A DNA stretch of 64,000 nucleotides from Thermoanaerobaculia bacterium (lineage in GTDB: Bacteria > Acidobacteriota > Thermoanaerobaculia > Multivoradales > Multivoraceae): positions 5,792,001 through 5,856,000 of the forward strand of contig OY761158.1 of the NCBI GenBank assembly GCA_963664405.1, given 5' to 3'. Below, piece by piece: positions 7,945-17,827 of the stretch. The position numbers were made by a program, and so were the translations under genes. Each line of letters opens with the position of its first letter. The first letter of the stretch is position 1. The notes beneath the pieces are model-generated. The model was given only the letters and a program-made list of their open reading frames with translations, had not been told where the DNA came from and ran no database searches.

Positions 7945-10887
7945 GTGATGACGATCGGCGCAGGCCCCGTCTATCCTCAGGCTGACGTGCGATCCGTCCC
8001 CCTTGCGGCGTTTCGTGACGAGCTCGAGGCGAAGATCGAAGGCGAAGTCCGCTTCGACAAGATCTCCAGGGCTCTTTATTCCACCGACGCCAGCGTTTAC
8101 CGCATCGAGCCGGTTGGCGTAGTGGTGGTGAAGTCGCGTGAGGATGTCATCCGAGCGGTCGAGGTCTGCGCCAAGTTTCGCTGCCCGCTGACCCTGAGAG
8201 GCGGCGGCACCTCCCAGGCCGGCCAGGCCATCGGCCCGGGCCTTCAGATCGACACCTCGAAATACTTCAATCAGCTTCTCGAGCTCAACGTCCAAGAGCG
8301 CTGGGCGCGAGTGCAGCCTGGCATCGTGCTGGCCGAGCTGAACTCTCTCCTGGAGGCGAAGGGCCTTCGCTTCGCGCCTGACATCTCTACCGCCAATCGG
8401 GCCACCGTCGGCGGCATGATGGCAAACAACTCGAGTGGTGCGCGGTCGGTTCTCTACGGCAAGACGATCGATCACGTGCTCGAGCAAGAGGTCGTTCTCG
8501 CGGATGGCTCCGTGGTCTGCTTCGGGCCGCTGAAGGAGCAAGAGCTGAACGCTGTGTGCAGCGGTGACTCACTCGAGGCCGCTTGTTACCGAGTGTTGAG
8601 GGACGTAGTAAACGAGAACGCCGACGAGGTGGAGCGTCGTTTTCCCAAGATTCTGCGACGGGTGGGGGGCTACAACCTCGACTCCTTCATTCGGCGCGGT
8701 GAGCCCTTCAACATGACCAAGCTGATGGTGGGCTCGGAAGGGACCCTCGGGGTGGTACTGGAGGCGAAGATCAACCTCGTCCCGCTGCCGTGCGCGAAGG
8801 CCGTGCTGGTGATTCAGTTCCACGACCTGCTGCAGGCTCTGGAAGCGACGCCTGTGATCTTGCGCCACCAGCCGTCGGCGGTGGAAGTAATGGATCGCTT
8901 CATTCTCGACAACACCAAACAGAGTGCGCTCCTCGACGCTCTGCGTCGGACTTTCATAGAGGGCGATCCCGAGGCGCTCCTGTGCGTGGAGCTCTATGCG
9001 GATCGGGCCGAAGACCTGCCGCCTCGCTTGGAGGCCCTCGAGCGGGATCTTGCATCCCATGCATTCGGGTACCGGACTCACCGCGCCCTGGAAGACGCCG
9101 AGCAGCAACGGATATGGCAGTTGCGTGAGGCCGCGCTCGGTCTCTCGATGGCGACCAAAGAGGAGTCGAAATCGATCTCCTTCGTCGAAGACACCGCCGT
9201 TGCCCCCGACCGACTAAGAGACTACATCGATCGCTTTCTGAGCATCATACGGCGTCATGAGACGACGGCTGGTGTTTACGCACACGCCTCGGTCGGCTGT
9301 CTCCACGTGCGGCCGGTGGTCAACCTCAAGACCGAGGAGGGTGTGCAGAAGTTCGAGGCGATTGCCAACGACATCTCCGACCTGGTGCTCGAGTTCGGCG
9401 GCGCACTGTCCGGGGAGCATGGCGATGGATTGGTTCGCAGTCCCTTCATCGAGAAGATGTTCGGTCCGATCTTGTACGAGGCGTTTCGAAGCATCAAATA
9501 TACCTTCGACCCGGACGGCATCCTGAACCCTGGCAAGATCGTGGATGCGGCGCCGCTGACCGCCAATCTGCGCTACGGCCCCGGATACACGACGCCTCGG
9601 CCGAGCACCTACTTCGACTATTCGGAGTACGAGGGCATGGGCGGCGCGGTCGACATGTGTAGCGGCCTCGGGGCGTGCCGCAAGACCCTCGACGGGACCA
9701 TGTGCCCGTCCTACATGGCGACTCGCGAGGAGGCTCACTCGACACGGGGGCGGGCGAATGTGCTGCGCCTGGCGATGGCCGGTCAGCTGGGAGAGGCGGG
9801 GCTCGGTGACGAGGGTGTGCGCGAAGTGCTTGATCTCTGCCTGGAGTGCCGGGCGTGCAAGGCCGAGTGCCCGGTGGGCGTCGACATGGCCCGTTTCAAG
9901 AGCGAGTTTCTGGCCGACTACTGGAGCCGGCACGGCACCTCCACGAGGGCGCTGGTGTTTGGCCGAATCGATGAGATCGCCCGGTGGGGAAGTCGTCTCG
10001 CGCCGCTCTCGAACTGGGTGACAAGGAGCGCGCCGGCACGATGGCTGAGTCAGGGACTGCTTGGCCTCGACCGCAGGCGGAAGCCGCCGGCTTGGGTCCA
10101 TCGGACCTTCTCTCGACGCTTTGCCGATCGTGGTTCTGAGCGGTCGAGCTCGGATGCAGGGGTGAGGCTTTTCAACGACACTTTTACCAATCACTATCAT
10201 CCGGAGATCGGGATGGCCGGTACCCGGCTGCTCGAGGCGGCCGGTTTGACGGTGGGGCTGGCTGGGAACGTTTGCTGCGGAAGGCCTCTCATCTCCCAAG
10301 GTCTCCTTTCCGCGGCCCGCAGCCGCGGGGAGACGAATACGGAATTGCTCTTTCCCCTCGTAGAGAAGGGTGAAAAGTTGGTGTTCTTCGAGCCGAGCTG
10401 CCTCTCGGCAATGCGGGAAGACGTACCTGCGCTCTTGCGTGGCGAAGTCCGTCGAAACGCGCAACGGGTAGCCGATAGTTGTGTTCTCTTCGAGGAGTTT
10501 CTCGAACAGGAGCTTCACGAGGGGAAGGTGGATTTGGCCTTCCGGCCCGGACCCGCGGAGCTCCTTCTCCATGGTCACTGTCATCAGAAAGCGATGGGGC
10601 TGGTGGCGCCCGCGAAGGCTTTGTTGTCTCGCGTACCTGGCTCCACAGTGGTCGATCTCGACGCCGGTTGCTGCGGGATGGCTGGCTCCTTTGGCTACCA
10701 GCGCGATCATTTCGAGGTGTCGCAGAAGATCGCTGAGCGTCGGTTACTGCCCGCTGCGAGAAACCTGGGTCCCGACTCTGTGCTGGTCGCCTCGGGGATG
10801 TCGTGCCGGCATCAGGTGGCAGATCTAGCCGGAGTTCGTGCCCAGCACCCTGCCGAGCTTCTCTGGTCGCTGTTGGAACGAGGCTAG
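7945..10887 (+). CDS. FAD-binding/4Fe-4S oxidoreductase (GlcD-GlcF fusion, YdiJ-like 2-hydroxyacid dehydrogenase)
   Basis: RGGGTSQAGQ, GSEGTLG, SGEHGDG, CLECRACKAECP, CCG motifs, HGHCHQ. Confidence 0.9.
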   Translation: MMTIGAGPVYPQADVRSVPLAAFRDELEAKIEGEVRFDKISRALYSTDASVYRIEPVGVVVVKSREDVIRAVEVCAKFRCPLTLRGGGTSQAGQAIGPGLQIDTSKYFNQLLELNVQERWARVQPGIVLAELNSLLEAKGLRFAPDISTANRATVGGMMANNSSGARSVLYGKTIDHVLEQEVVLADGSVVCFGPLKEQELNAVCSGDSLEAACYRVLRDVVNENADEVERRFPKILRRVGGYNLDSFIRRGEPFNMTKLMVGSEGTLGVVLEAKINLVPLPCAKAVLVIQFHDLLQALEATPVILRHQPSAVEVMDRFILDNTKQSALLDALRRTFIEGDPEALLCVELYADRAEDLPPRLEALERDLASHAFGYRTHRALEDAEQQRIWQLREAALGLSMATKEESKSISFVEDTAVAPDRLRDYIDRFLSIIRRHETTAGVYAHASVGCLHVRPVVNLKTEEGVQKFEAIANDISDLVLEFGGALSGEHGDGLVRSPFIEKMFGPILYEAFRSIKYTFDPDGILNPGKIVDAAPLTANLRYGPGYTTPRPSTYFDYSEYEGMGGAVDMCSGLGACRKTLDGTMCPSYMATREEAHSTRGRANVLRLAMAGQLGEAGLGDEGVREVLDLCLECRACKAECPVGVDMARFKSEFLADYWSRHGTSTRALVFGRIDEIARWGSRLAPLSNWVTRSAPARWLSQGLLGLDRRRKPPAWVHRTFSRRFADRGSERSSSDAGVRLFNDTFTNHYHPEIGMAGTRLLEAAGLTVGLAGNVCCGRPLISQGLLSAARSRGETNTELLFPLVEKGEKLVFFEPSCLSAMREDVPALLRGEVRRNAQRVADSCVLFEEFLEQELHEGKVDLAFRPGPAELLLHGHCHQKAMGLVAPAKALLSRVPGSTVVDLDAGCCGMAGSFGYQRDHFEVSQKIAERRLLPAARNLGPDSVLVASGMSCRHQVADLAGVRAQHPAELLWSLLERG

Positions 10888-10889
10888 CG

Positions 10890-12224
10890 GTGATCACAGA
10901 CAGCCCCGGCGTTGCGCTACTCGGACTGCTTGCGGTCGTGGTGCTTCTGTTCTTGCTGATCGCTCGCTACAAGTGGCATGTCTTTATCGCGCTCTTGCTG
11001 CCCATTCTCCTCTTGGCGTTGGTGCCCGGTATCGATCGTCAGGCGTTCATCGAGGCCTTCGAGCACGGATTCGGTCGTACCATTCAGAGCATCGCGGTAG
11101 TCATCGTGCTCGGATCGATCCTCGCCGAGGCGCTCAAGCACACCGGCGGTATCGAGCGGATTACCACCTCGATGGTGCGCTGGGTAGGCGAGGGGCGCAT
11201 GCCCCTTGCGCTCACTCTGAGTGGCTTCGTCGTCGGACTGGCGATCTTCTCCGATGTCGGTTACGTGATTCTCAATCCGCTGGTTCATTCGGCGGCACTG
11301 AGCAGTGGTCTGAACATGAGTGTGATGGCCACCGGCCTGGTCGGAGCCATGCAACTGACTCACGCGATGGTGCCCCCTACCCCGGGTCCGCTTGCTGCGG
11401 CCGCGCTGGTCGGAGCCGACATCGGACGTGTCATCCTGTTCGGCAGCATCATTACTCTGGTGGCCTCTCTCGCGGGCTGGGCCTTTGCACTACTCGTCGG
11501 ACCGCGGATTGAATCGCCGCCATCATCCGAGTTCGTCGGCCAGACCTTGACCGACGGCGAGCTGCCGACGACCTGGCGGGCTTACGCGCCGATTTTAGTT
11601 CCGATGGCACTCATCGCAGGGCAGAGTGTGACGGCGTTCCTATTGCCGGCGGAGCATGTTGTGAACGCCGTGATGTTGTTTCTCGGGTGGCCTGTAGTGG
11701 CGCTCAGTGTCGGCATAGTGATGGCGTATCGCAGCACCACCAGCGCGCAGGGAGTGGCACGCACGAGCACCTGGATCGAAGACGGTCTGCGCACGTCGGC
11801 AATGATCATCATGGTGACCGGCCTGGGCGGCTCGCTGAGCCACATCTTGCGTGAAACTCCCGCGGTCGATGCTATTGCAGACACTGTGAGCGCGGTCGGA
11901 CTGCCCGCGATCTTCCTGCCTTTCGTGCTCGGCGTGGTGGGCAACATGGTCACCGGCTCGACGACGGTCGGCGTGATCACCGCCGCGTCGGTGACGGCAC
12001 CGATGATGGGTACCCTGGGGCTGAGTCCCGAGGCGACCATGCTGGCCGGCGCTGCCGGCTCGATGATCATCAAGTACGTCAACTCGAGCTACTTCTGGGT
12101 CTGCACCTCGCTGTCGAGGATGCCGCTCAAGTCTGCGTTGCTCTCTTTTGGCGGCGTGACCTTCGTCAACGGCGTGGTGGCGATGGTGATGGTGTACCTG
12201 CTGTGGAGCGTCGGGTTGATTTGA
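10890..12224 (+). CDS. GntP family (gluconate/sugar-acid) permease
   Basis: Multi-TM; HAMVPPTPGPLAAA, GSTTVG, VNSSYFW; GTG start 2 nt after upstream stop. Confidence 0.88.
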   Translation: MITDSPGVALLGLLAVVVLLFLLIARYKWHVFIALLLPILLLALVPGIDRQAFIEAFEHGFGRTIQSIAVVIVLGSILAEALKHTGGIERITTSMVRWVGEGRMPLALTLSGFVVGLAIFSDVGYVILNPLVHSAALSSGLNMSVMATGLVGAMQLTHAMVPPTPGPLAAAALVGADIGRVILFGSIITLVASLAGWAFALLVGPRIESPPSSEFVGQTLTDGELPTTWRAYAPILVPMALIAGQSVTAFLLPAEHVVNAVMLFLGWPVVALSVGIVMAYRSTTSAQGVARTSTWIEDGLRTSAMIIMVTGLGGSLSHILRETPAVDAIADTVSAVGLPAIFLPFVLGVVGNMVTGSTTVGVITAASVTAPMMGTLGLSPEATMLAGAAGSMIIKYVNSSYFWVCTSLSRMPLKSALLSFGGVTFVNGVVAMVMVYLLWSVGLI

Positions 12225-12271
12225 GCCGAGTCGATCGCTGATAAATATGGAGTCCTCAGAGGAGCCTGTGG

Positions 12272-13276
12272 ATGAAGAAAGTAGCTCGCTTTGCGTGCCT
12301 TGCGGTCGCGCTGGGTGTCGTTGCAGAGGTCGCGCCCGTCGACGCCGAGCCAACGGCGGAGCTGGGCACGCGGGGGATGGTCGAGCAGGCCTTGGAGTGG
12401 TACCTCGGGGTCTCGGGCCGGATCAACGATGCGGAGGCGCAGCGTCTGTTCCAGACTGCGGCAGACGCTGGAGATCCGCTGGCTACGATGTTTCTGGCTC
12501 GCAGCTACTTCAAAGGAAAGGTCGGCTTGGCAAGAGACCCTGCACTCGGGATCGAGCTCGCAGAGACAGTCATCGAAGTAGTAAAGGAGGAAGCTGACGG
12601 GGGCTCTCTCTTGGCTAAGACGTTACTTGCTTCCGCCTATCAAGAGGGCCTTGCTGTAGCCGTTGATGGGAAGTTGGCGGCGGAGCTCTACGGTAGCGCT
12701 TGCGATGGTGGGAGCCGCTGGGCCTGTGGCAATCTAGGCGGTATGTACGCCAACGGCTTCGGCGTGGCCGAGGACGATGGACGAGCCGTGGAGCTGTACA
12801 GAAGCGCTTGCAGTGGCGGGTATCAAGAGGCTTGCCGCAGTCTGGGCAATATGTACCGAGACGGTGCAGGGGTTGCCGAGGACGGCGAGCGGGCTGTGGT
12901 GCATTACCGGGCAGCTTGCGATGCCGGATCCCTCCTCGCATGCGTCAACCTGGGCTATATGTACCAAACCGGCCAGGGCGTCGAGGAGGACGACTCGCGA
13001 GCAGCGCAGCTGTACTCGTCGTCTTGCGATAGGGGTGCCTCATTGGGTTGCAACAATCTGGGTGTGAGGTACGACAGAGGCGAAGGGGTGCAGCAAGACG
13101 GCGTCCGAGCTGCGGGGTTGTACCGGCGGGCGTGCGACCGTGGGTACGCGTTGGGCTGTCGAAACTTGGGGTGGAAGTATCACGGTGAGAGTGTCCCCGG
13201 GAGCCAACAACGTGCCCGAGAGCTCTGGGGAAGGGCCTGCGTCTTGGGCGATGAAGTGGCTTGCAGCCTCGAGTGA
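12272..13276 (+). CDS. Secreted Sel1-like repeat protein
   Basis: Signal peptide and repeated AC.NLG.MY..G.GV.ED..RA..LY..AC units. Confidence 0.9.
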   Translation: MKKVARFACLAVALGVVAEVAPVDAEPTAELGTRGMVEQALEWYLGVSGRINDAEAQRLFQTAADAGDPLATMFLARSYFKGKVGLARDPALGIELAETVIEVVKEEADGGSLLAKTLLASAYQEGLAVAVDGKLAAELYGSACDGGSRWACGNLGGMYANGFGVAEDDGRAVELYRSACSGGYQEACRSLGNMYRDGAGVAEDGERAVVHYRAACDAGSLLACVNLGYMYQTGQGVEEDDSRAAQLYSSSCDRGASLGCNNLGVRYDRGEGVQQDGVRAAGLYRRACDRGYALGCRNLGWKYHGESVPGSQQRARELWGRACVLGDEVACSLE

Positions 13277-13324
13277 GCCGCCGATATCGAGGACGAGTGG
13301 TGCGATCGCGTCTGGGGAGCTCGC

Positions 13325-13415
13325 CTAGGAGCGTGTCCGAGAATTCGGACAGGCGAGTAGTTCTTAGGGGGGGATGGGCCGGAGAACGGGTCGAAGGCCC
13401 GTTTTCCGGGGCTAG
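13325..13415. repeat. 91-bp CTAG-bounded palindromic element, copy 1 (MITE/REP-like)
   Basis: Near-identical to 45132-45222; hairpins TGTCCGA-gaat-TCGGACA and CCGGAGAACGGG...CCCGTTTTCCGG. Confidence 0.8.
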
Positions 13416-15247
13416 GGCGTGATCCAGATCGGTGAAGACCAGGCGCGCTCCTGAATGGTCGCCGGAAGATCCGGACGCAGAGGCGAGCCGGCGTGCAGGG
13501 CGTCCCAGGTCGACCAACGGCAGGTCGGGTTCTCGAGCAGGCGGGCGTAGTAGAACGCCCGCTGTGTTTCATCGAAGTCGGGATCCTCCCAGACCTCGAT
13601 GAGCTCATCTGCGCCCTGTGTCGGCGTCGGGCTACAGTCGCTCAGGTCGACGTCGGCGCCGTTGTCGGGACACCGTTGGGTCTCGGCATCCGGCTCCAAC
13701 CCATCAGAGCAGGCGACGTCGAAGACGCGTTCTCGCGCTTGGCCGTCTTCCATCCAGCCCTTGACGACCTGGAGGCGTTGAAGCTTGGCGCCCTTCGGGT
13801 CCTGTTGGCCCCAGGCGAAGAATCGTGGCGCGCGACCCGGGCGCGGCGGAAGATCTCCACCCATGGATACGCCGCCGGCGTAGGCCGCTTGGGCCGGGTC
13901 TTGACGCGATGCCAGATCCTCGGGCAGATCGTAGCCGGCAAAGAAGCGCAGGCGCATACGTGGTCCGCTGGTGGCGAAGGTCTCCTTGCGCCGGAAGGCG
14001 TCGTAGATCGACTCGCGGGTATTCTCCTCGGCCCACACCGCGGCCAGGCCGGAAGCCGCCCACGGAGTAAAGAGCGTCACGGCGTAGGTCGGCTCCTCGG
14101 CGTCGATATCGACGGCTACCGATCCGCGCAGCCGGCCGCTGGCGTCGAGGAGGCCGAGCTTGGAAAAGAAGCTCGATTCGTCGAACGAGCCGCCGCCGCT
14201 ATGGGAGTCGCTCGAGCCGATGAGGCCAAAGCGATAGGGATTGAAGCCTTGCCCCTCCTCCAGCCGTAGGCCGTCGAGATAGGCCTCGCGCACATAGCTG
14301 CCGCGGGGCTTGCTGCGGAGCCAGCTGGCGGTGCGGTAGGGCGAGATCTCGAAGTCCGCCCACTCGTCGTTCGGTGACAGGATGGGGTGCGCTTCCGAGG
14401 TCCCCTTGACCTGGGTCACCTCGACCAGGGGCTCGTTGCGCATGCGGGTTTCGGCGTATGCGGCGTCGAGTGGCCGTCCGTCGAAGGTCTGGAGCGCGAA
14501 CATATGGCCATTCGAGGCGTTCGAGTTGTGGGGGATCGCCAGTGCCTCGATCCCTTCACCGCGGAGCTCGTCCATCCATGCCCACAGTTTCTCGGGGTTG
14601 AGCGAGTCCAGACGGCTGAAGAGGATCTCGGGCGCTGCCCGGCCGCGAAAGATCACATTGCGGTGCAGATTGCCACCGAAAGCCGAGGTGTACTCGTAGC
14701 CGATGAAGGTAGTGAGCTTGCCCGGCTCGTAATGCCGCTCGGCGGCCTCGATAGTGCGCTGCCAGGCCGAGCGCAGAACGTCGCGGTCGAGATGCTCCTC
14801 GACGTAAGAGGAGCCGAATAGAGCTGCCCAGGCCTCCGGCACGGTCCGAGCCTCGGTGTAGCGCTTGGCCTCGGGGAGCTGTGACAGCGGATGGGATGGA
14901 TCGGCCATGGCGTCGACCATGCCGAGGTAGTGGGCGTGGTCGGTGACGGCGTAAAAGTCGAGCGGTCGGTCGAGTCGGATCTCGAAGCCGGCCGGGTGGC
15001 GGAGACTCTCACCCTTGGCGAATCGATAGGCATCATCTGGTGTGGTGCGTGTGCCGACGGCGAAGGCATCGAAAGAAAAGCGAGTGTGGACATGGAGATC
15101 ACCGAAGTAGGCGTTACGTGTCTGTTGATGTTGCGCGGAACCTGCCGCGGGGCTCGCGGTCTCCGGCGGCTTGTCATCTCGAGGCCCTTCAGCTACGCCG
15201 CAGCCAAGGGCGAGAGCTAGGCCGAGCGAAAGGAAACCCAACTGCAT
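13412..15247 (-). CDS. DUF3604 domain (PHP-like) lipoprotein
   Basis: LALGC lipobox; AYFGDLHVHT, AVTDHA, GYEYTS, NLHRNVIF, IPHNSN, GSSDSH, QERAWSSPIW. Confidence 0.88.
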   Translation of the reverse strand: MQLGFLSLGLALALGCGVAEGPRDDKPPETASPAAGSAQHQQTRNAYFGDLHVHTRFSFDAFAVGTRTTPDDAYRFAKGESLRHPAGFEIRLDRPLDFYAVTDHAHYLGMVDAMADPSHPLSQLPEAKRYTEARTVPEAWAALFGSSYVEEHLDRDVLRSAWQRTIEAAERHYEPGKLTTFIGYEYTSAFGGNLHRNVIFRGRAAPEILFSRLDSLNPEKLWAWMDELRGEGIEALAIPHNSNASNGHMFALQTFDGRPLDAAYAETRMRNEPLVEVTQVKGTSEAHPILSPNDEWADFEISPYRTASWLRSKPRGSYVREAYLDGLRLEEGQGFNPYRFGLIGSSDSHSGGGSFDESSFFSKLGLLDASGRLRGSVAVDIDAEEPTYAVTLFTPWAASGLAAVWAEENTRESIYDAFRRKETFATSGPRMRLRFFAGYDLPEDLASRQDPAQAAYAGGVSMGGDLPPRPGRAPRFFAWGQQDPKGAKLQRLQVVKGWMEDGQARERVFDVACSDGLEPDAETQRCPDNGADVDLSDCSPTPTQGADELIEVWEDPDFDETQRAFYYARLLENPTCRWSTWDALHAGSPLRPDLPATIQERAWSSPIWITP

Positions 15248-15337
15248 CGATTGATTATGCACAAATGAAATATGACACATTACGCGGATGAGACTCATCA
15301 GAGAGGCCCACCGAGTAGGGCGAAAGGACGAGCTCTT

Positions 15338-16441
15338 GTGAAGATAACGAATGTCAAAGTCGACATGTTCAATTGGAAATCCGAGCCCTGGAAAACAGGG
15401 GTCGGCACCATGTTCGGGCAAACCAGGCAGCTCGGTATCGTCACCGTGGAGACCGATCAAGGTGTCAGCGGTAACGCTTTCTTGGGATCGTCTCGAATGG
15501 GGGCGGATCACTTTGCACTGGGATTGATCGAGTTCATCAAACCGATGCTCGTGGGGCGCAACCCGCAGGATATCGGGAAGTTGTGGTGGGAGATGTGGAA
15601 GATGAATCGTTCGGTCTCGACTTATGTGATCGGGGCCATCGATATCTGCTTGTGGGATATCAATGGCAAGGTCGCAGGACAGCCGATTCATCGGCTGATC
15701 GGAACCTGCAAGGATCAGGTTCCGGCCTACTCGAGCACGGCCTTCCACGAAACCACGGCGGCATACGCCGAAGAAGCGCTCAAGTTCAAAGAGCTAGGCT
15801 GGCCGGCCCACAAGATCCACCCCGACGGAGACCCGAAGAAAGACATCGAGATTTGTCAGGCGGTCCGGGAGGCGGTAGGGGATGAGATGAAACTGATGCT
15901 CGACTCGATGTGGGCTTATCAATATGAAGACGCCTTACGAGTAGGCAGAGCGATCGAAGACCTTGACTTCTATTGGTACGAGGATCCACTGGTTGAAGAG
16001 GATGTTTACAACTATGTGAAGCTCAATCAGAAGCTGGATATCCCGATCATGTCGACGGAGTTCGCGCCGGGTAGGTACTACGGAATGGCTTCCTGGATCA
16101 CCCAATACGCCACCGATATCCTGCGTGGCGATGTTGCACTCACAGGAGGTATTACGCCTCTAGTCAGACTCTGCAATTTAGCCGAAGGCTTCAATATGAA
16201 GTGCGAGATTCATCACGGCGGCAACAGCCTCAACAATGTGGCGAATCTACACGTCACCATGGCGGTGCCGAATTGTGAATTTTATGAAGTCTTCCCCTGT
16301 ACCGGCGCCAACAAGTACGGCCTGGTCGAAGACATCGAGGTCGACGATCGAGGGCTGGTCTATGCTCCAACCGAGCCGGGCCTCGGTTATGAGATCGATT
16401 GGGAGCTGGTGAAACGAGAGCACACCGCTACTCTCGAATAA
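15338..16441 (+). CDS. Mandelate racemase/muconate lactonizing enzyme family protein
   Basis: GAIDICLWDI.GK, K.H, D/E/E metal ligands (LMLD, WYEDP, STE), PGLG; GTG start. Confidence 0.9.
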   Translation: MKITNVKVDMFNWKSEPWKTGVGTMFGQTRQLGIVTVETDQGVSGNAFLGSSRMGADHFALGLIEFIKPMLVGRNPQDIGKLWWEMWKMNRSVSTYVIGAIDICLWDINGKVAGQPIHRLIGTCKDQVPAYSSTAFHETTAAYAEEALKFKELGWPAHKIHPDGDPKKDIEICQAVREAVGDEMKLMLDSMWAYQYEDALRVGRAIEDLDFYWYEDPLVEEDVYNYVKLNQKLDIPIMSTEFAPGRYYGMASWITQYATDILRGDVALTGGITPLVRLCNLAEGFNMKCEIHHGGNSLNNVANLHVTMAVPNCEFYEVFPCTGANKYGLVEDIEVDDRGLVYAPTEPGLGYEIDWELVKREHTATLE

Positions 16442-16467
16442 GGGTGCGATGTAAGCGCCGACGCTGT

Positions 16468-17514
16468 TCAGCGTCCGCTACTCTGACTTGCCTCGCTCTC
16501 GAGCAGTCGTGAGCCGCGGAGCATGTTCCCTATCGCATAGTTGCCTTCGTGGCAGGCGTACTCGTAGACCCGCCCCCCTCGCTTCATCAGCATGATTCCG
16601 GTGAAGGGCTTGGTGTAGGTCGCGGGGTCGTCGACGGTGAACTCGTAGCGCAGGGTGTCTTCGTCGACTCGCTGAAAGCGCTCGGTGACCCGCATGTGCT
16701 CGGCGCTGCCGACCGCGCCAAAGACGTTCCCCGAGAAGCTGGTGATCTTGGGGCTGAAGTTTGTCGTCTCGACGACCAACTCATCCCCTTCCCAACGCCC
16801 CAGCGAGGCCCCCATCCAGGGGCGCATATGCATCGGAAGACGACCGCGACCGTCGATGGGGACGATCCGCGCTTCGTGCACCATTTCGCTGAGGATGACG
16901 ACGTGATCACCGGTCTGCACGATCCTGATGTTCTGGTTGTAGCCGCCGGGGATGATCGGAGGCCCGGAGTTGAAGCCGAGCAGGCAACGCTCCGCTAGAC
17001 CGCGGCTCTCCGGCCCGTCGGTGCCAATGCCTCCGACCCGCAGTCGCACCGGCAGATCGGTCGGCAGATCGTCCCCAGGCGTCTGTTTCTTCACGCCCGG
17101 ATGGGTGGGCGGCAGTCGGCCGTTCGGCGGATCGACGATCAACGAAGTGCGGCGGTCCTCGCTGACCCCCGCTCCGCGGTCCATCCAAAAGGTGTTATAG
17201 CCGCCAACGTTGCCGCCCTGTGGGGGCGCCTTCCGGTTCGGGTCGCTCGGTTGATCACGCTGCTGCGTTCGCGCAGCGGCCTTCGACTCGATCTCGGCGA
17301 CATCCTGAGCACTCAAGACTGCCTGGTCTGCCCTTTCCTTGGGTCGAACGAGTGGGGTCAGAGTACGGAAGTCCCAAACCCCCTCGAGGTCGGGCCGGCC
17401 GTCCGAGAGATTCGCCTCGGCCGCAAGGCAGGGTACCCCCGTCAAGAGAACGGTCAGACCCATCAGCAGGACTGAGCTTGGCGTTCTGAAGCTGATTTGT
17501 CCTTGTCGAGGCAT
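16468..17514 (-). CDS. Uncharacterised secreted protein, 'YEYACHEGNY' family (copy 1)
   Basis: GRPDLEGVW, RTSLIVDPPNGRLP, ERC, GRWEGDELVVETTNF, YEYACHEGNY; start uncertain (17463-17583). Confidence 0.8.
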   Translation of the reverse strand: MPRQGQISFRTPSSVLLMGLTVLLTGVPCLAAEANLSDGRPDLEGVWDFRTLTPLVRPKERADQAVLSAQDVAEIESKAAARTQQRDQPSDPNRKAPPQGGNVGGYNTFWMDRGAGVSEDRRTSLIVDPPNGRLPPTHPGVKKQTPGDDLPTDLPVRLRVGGIGTDGPESRGLAERCLLGFNSGPPIIPGGYNQNIRIVQTGDHVVILSEMVHEARIVPIDGRGRLPMHMRPWMGASLGRWEGDELVVETTNFSPKITSFSGNVFGAVGSAEHMRVTERFQRVDEDTLRYEFTVDDPATYTKPFTGIMLMKRGGRVYEYACHEGNYAIGNMLRGSRLLESEASQSSGR

Positions 17515-17599
17515 TCGGGCACCCCTTTCGGTTGTGTCACCATAGACTACACTGCTTGCCCCTTCCGGCTCGACGGCCACCACGCTACAGTACGCGGCC

Positions 17600-17827
17600 G
17601 TGGCACGTAGCTCGATCCTGACTCTTGCAGTCTTGCTCGCGGCTCACCTTCCGGTGTGGGCCGACGGCCCACAGACCGGGACCATCGATGGCCGTGTCCT
17701 CGACGCGCAGGGGCAGCCTGTGGAAGGTGCCACAGTGATCTTGGCCGGTCAGCAGAGCACCAGAGCGACGAAAAGTGGTGCCGATGGCACCTATCGCGTC
17801 GGCCTCAGAGATCCATTATGGCGTTGA
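17600..17827 (+). pseudogene. Truncated N-terminus of a carboxypeptidase-regulatory-like domain protein (TonB-dependent receptor type)
   Basis: Signal peptide then QTGTIDGRVLDAQGQPVEGATV...GADGTYR; runs into the convergent symporter's 3' end. Confidence 0.65.
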
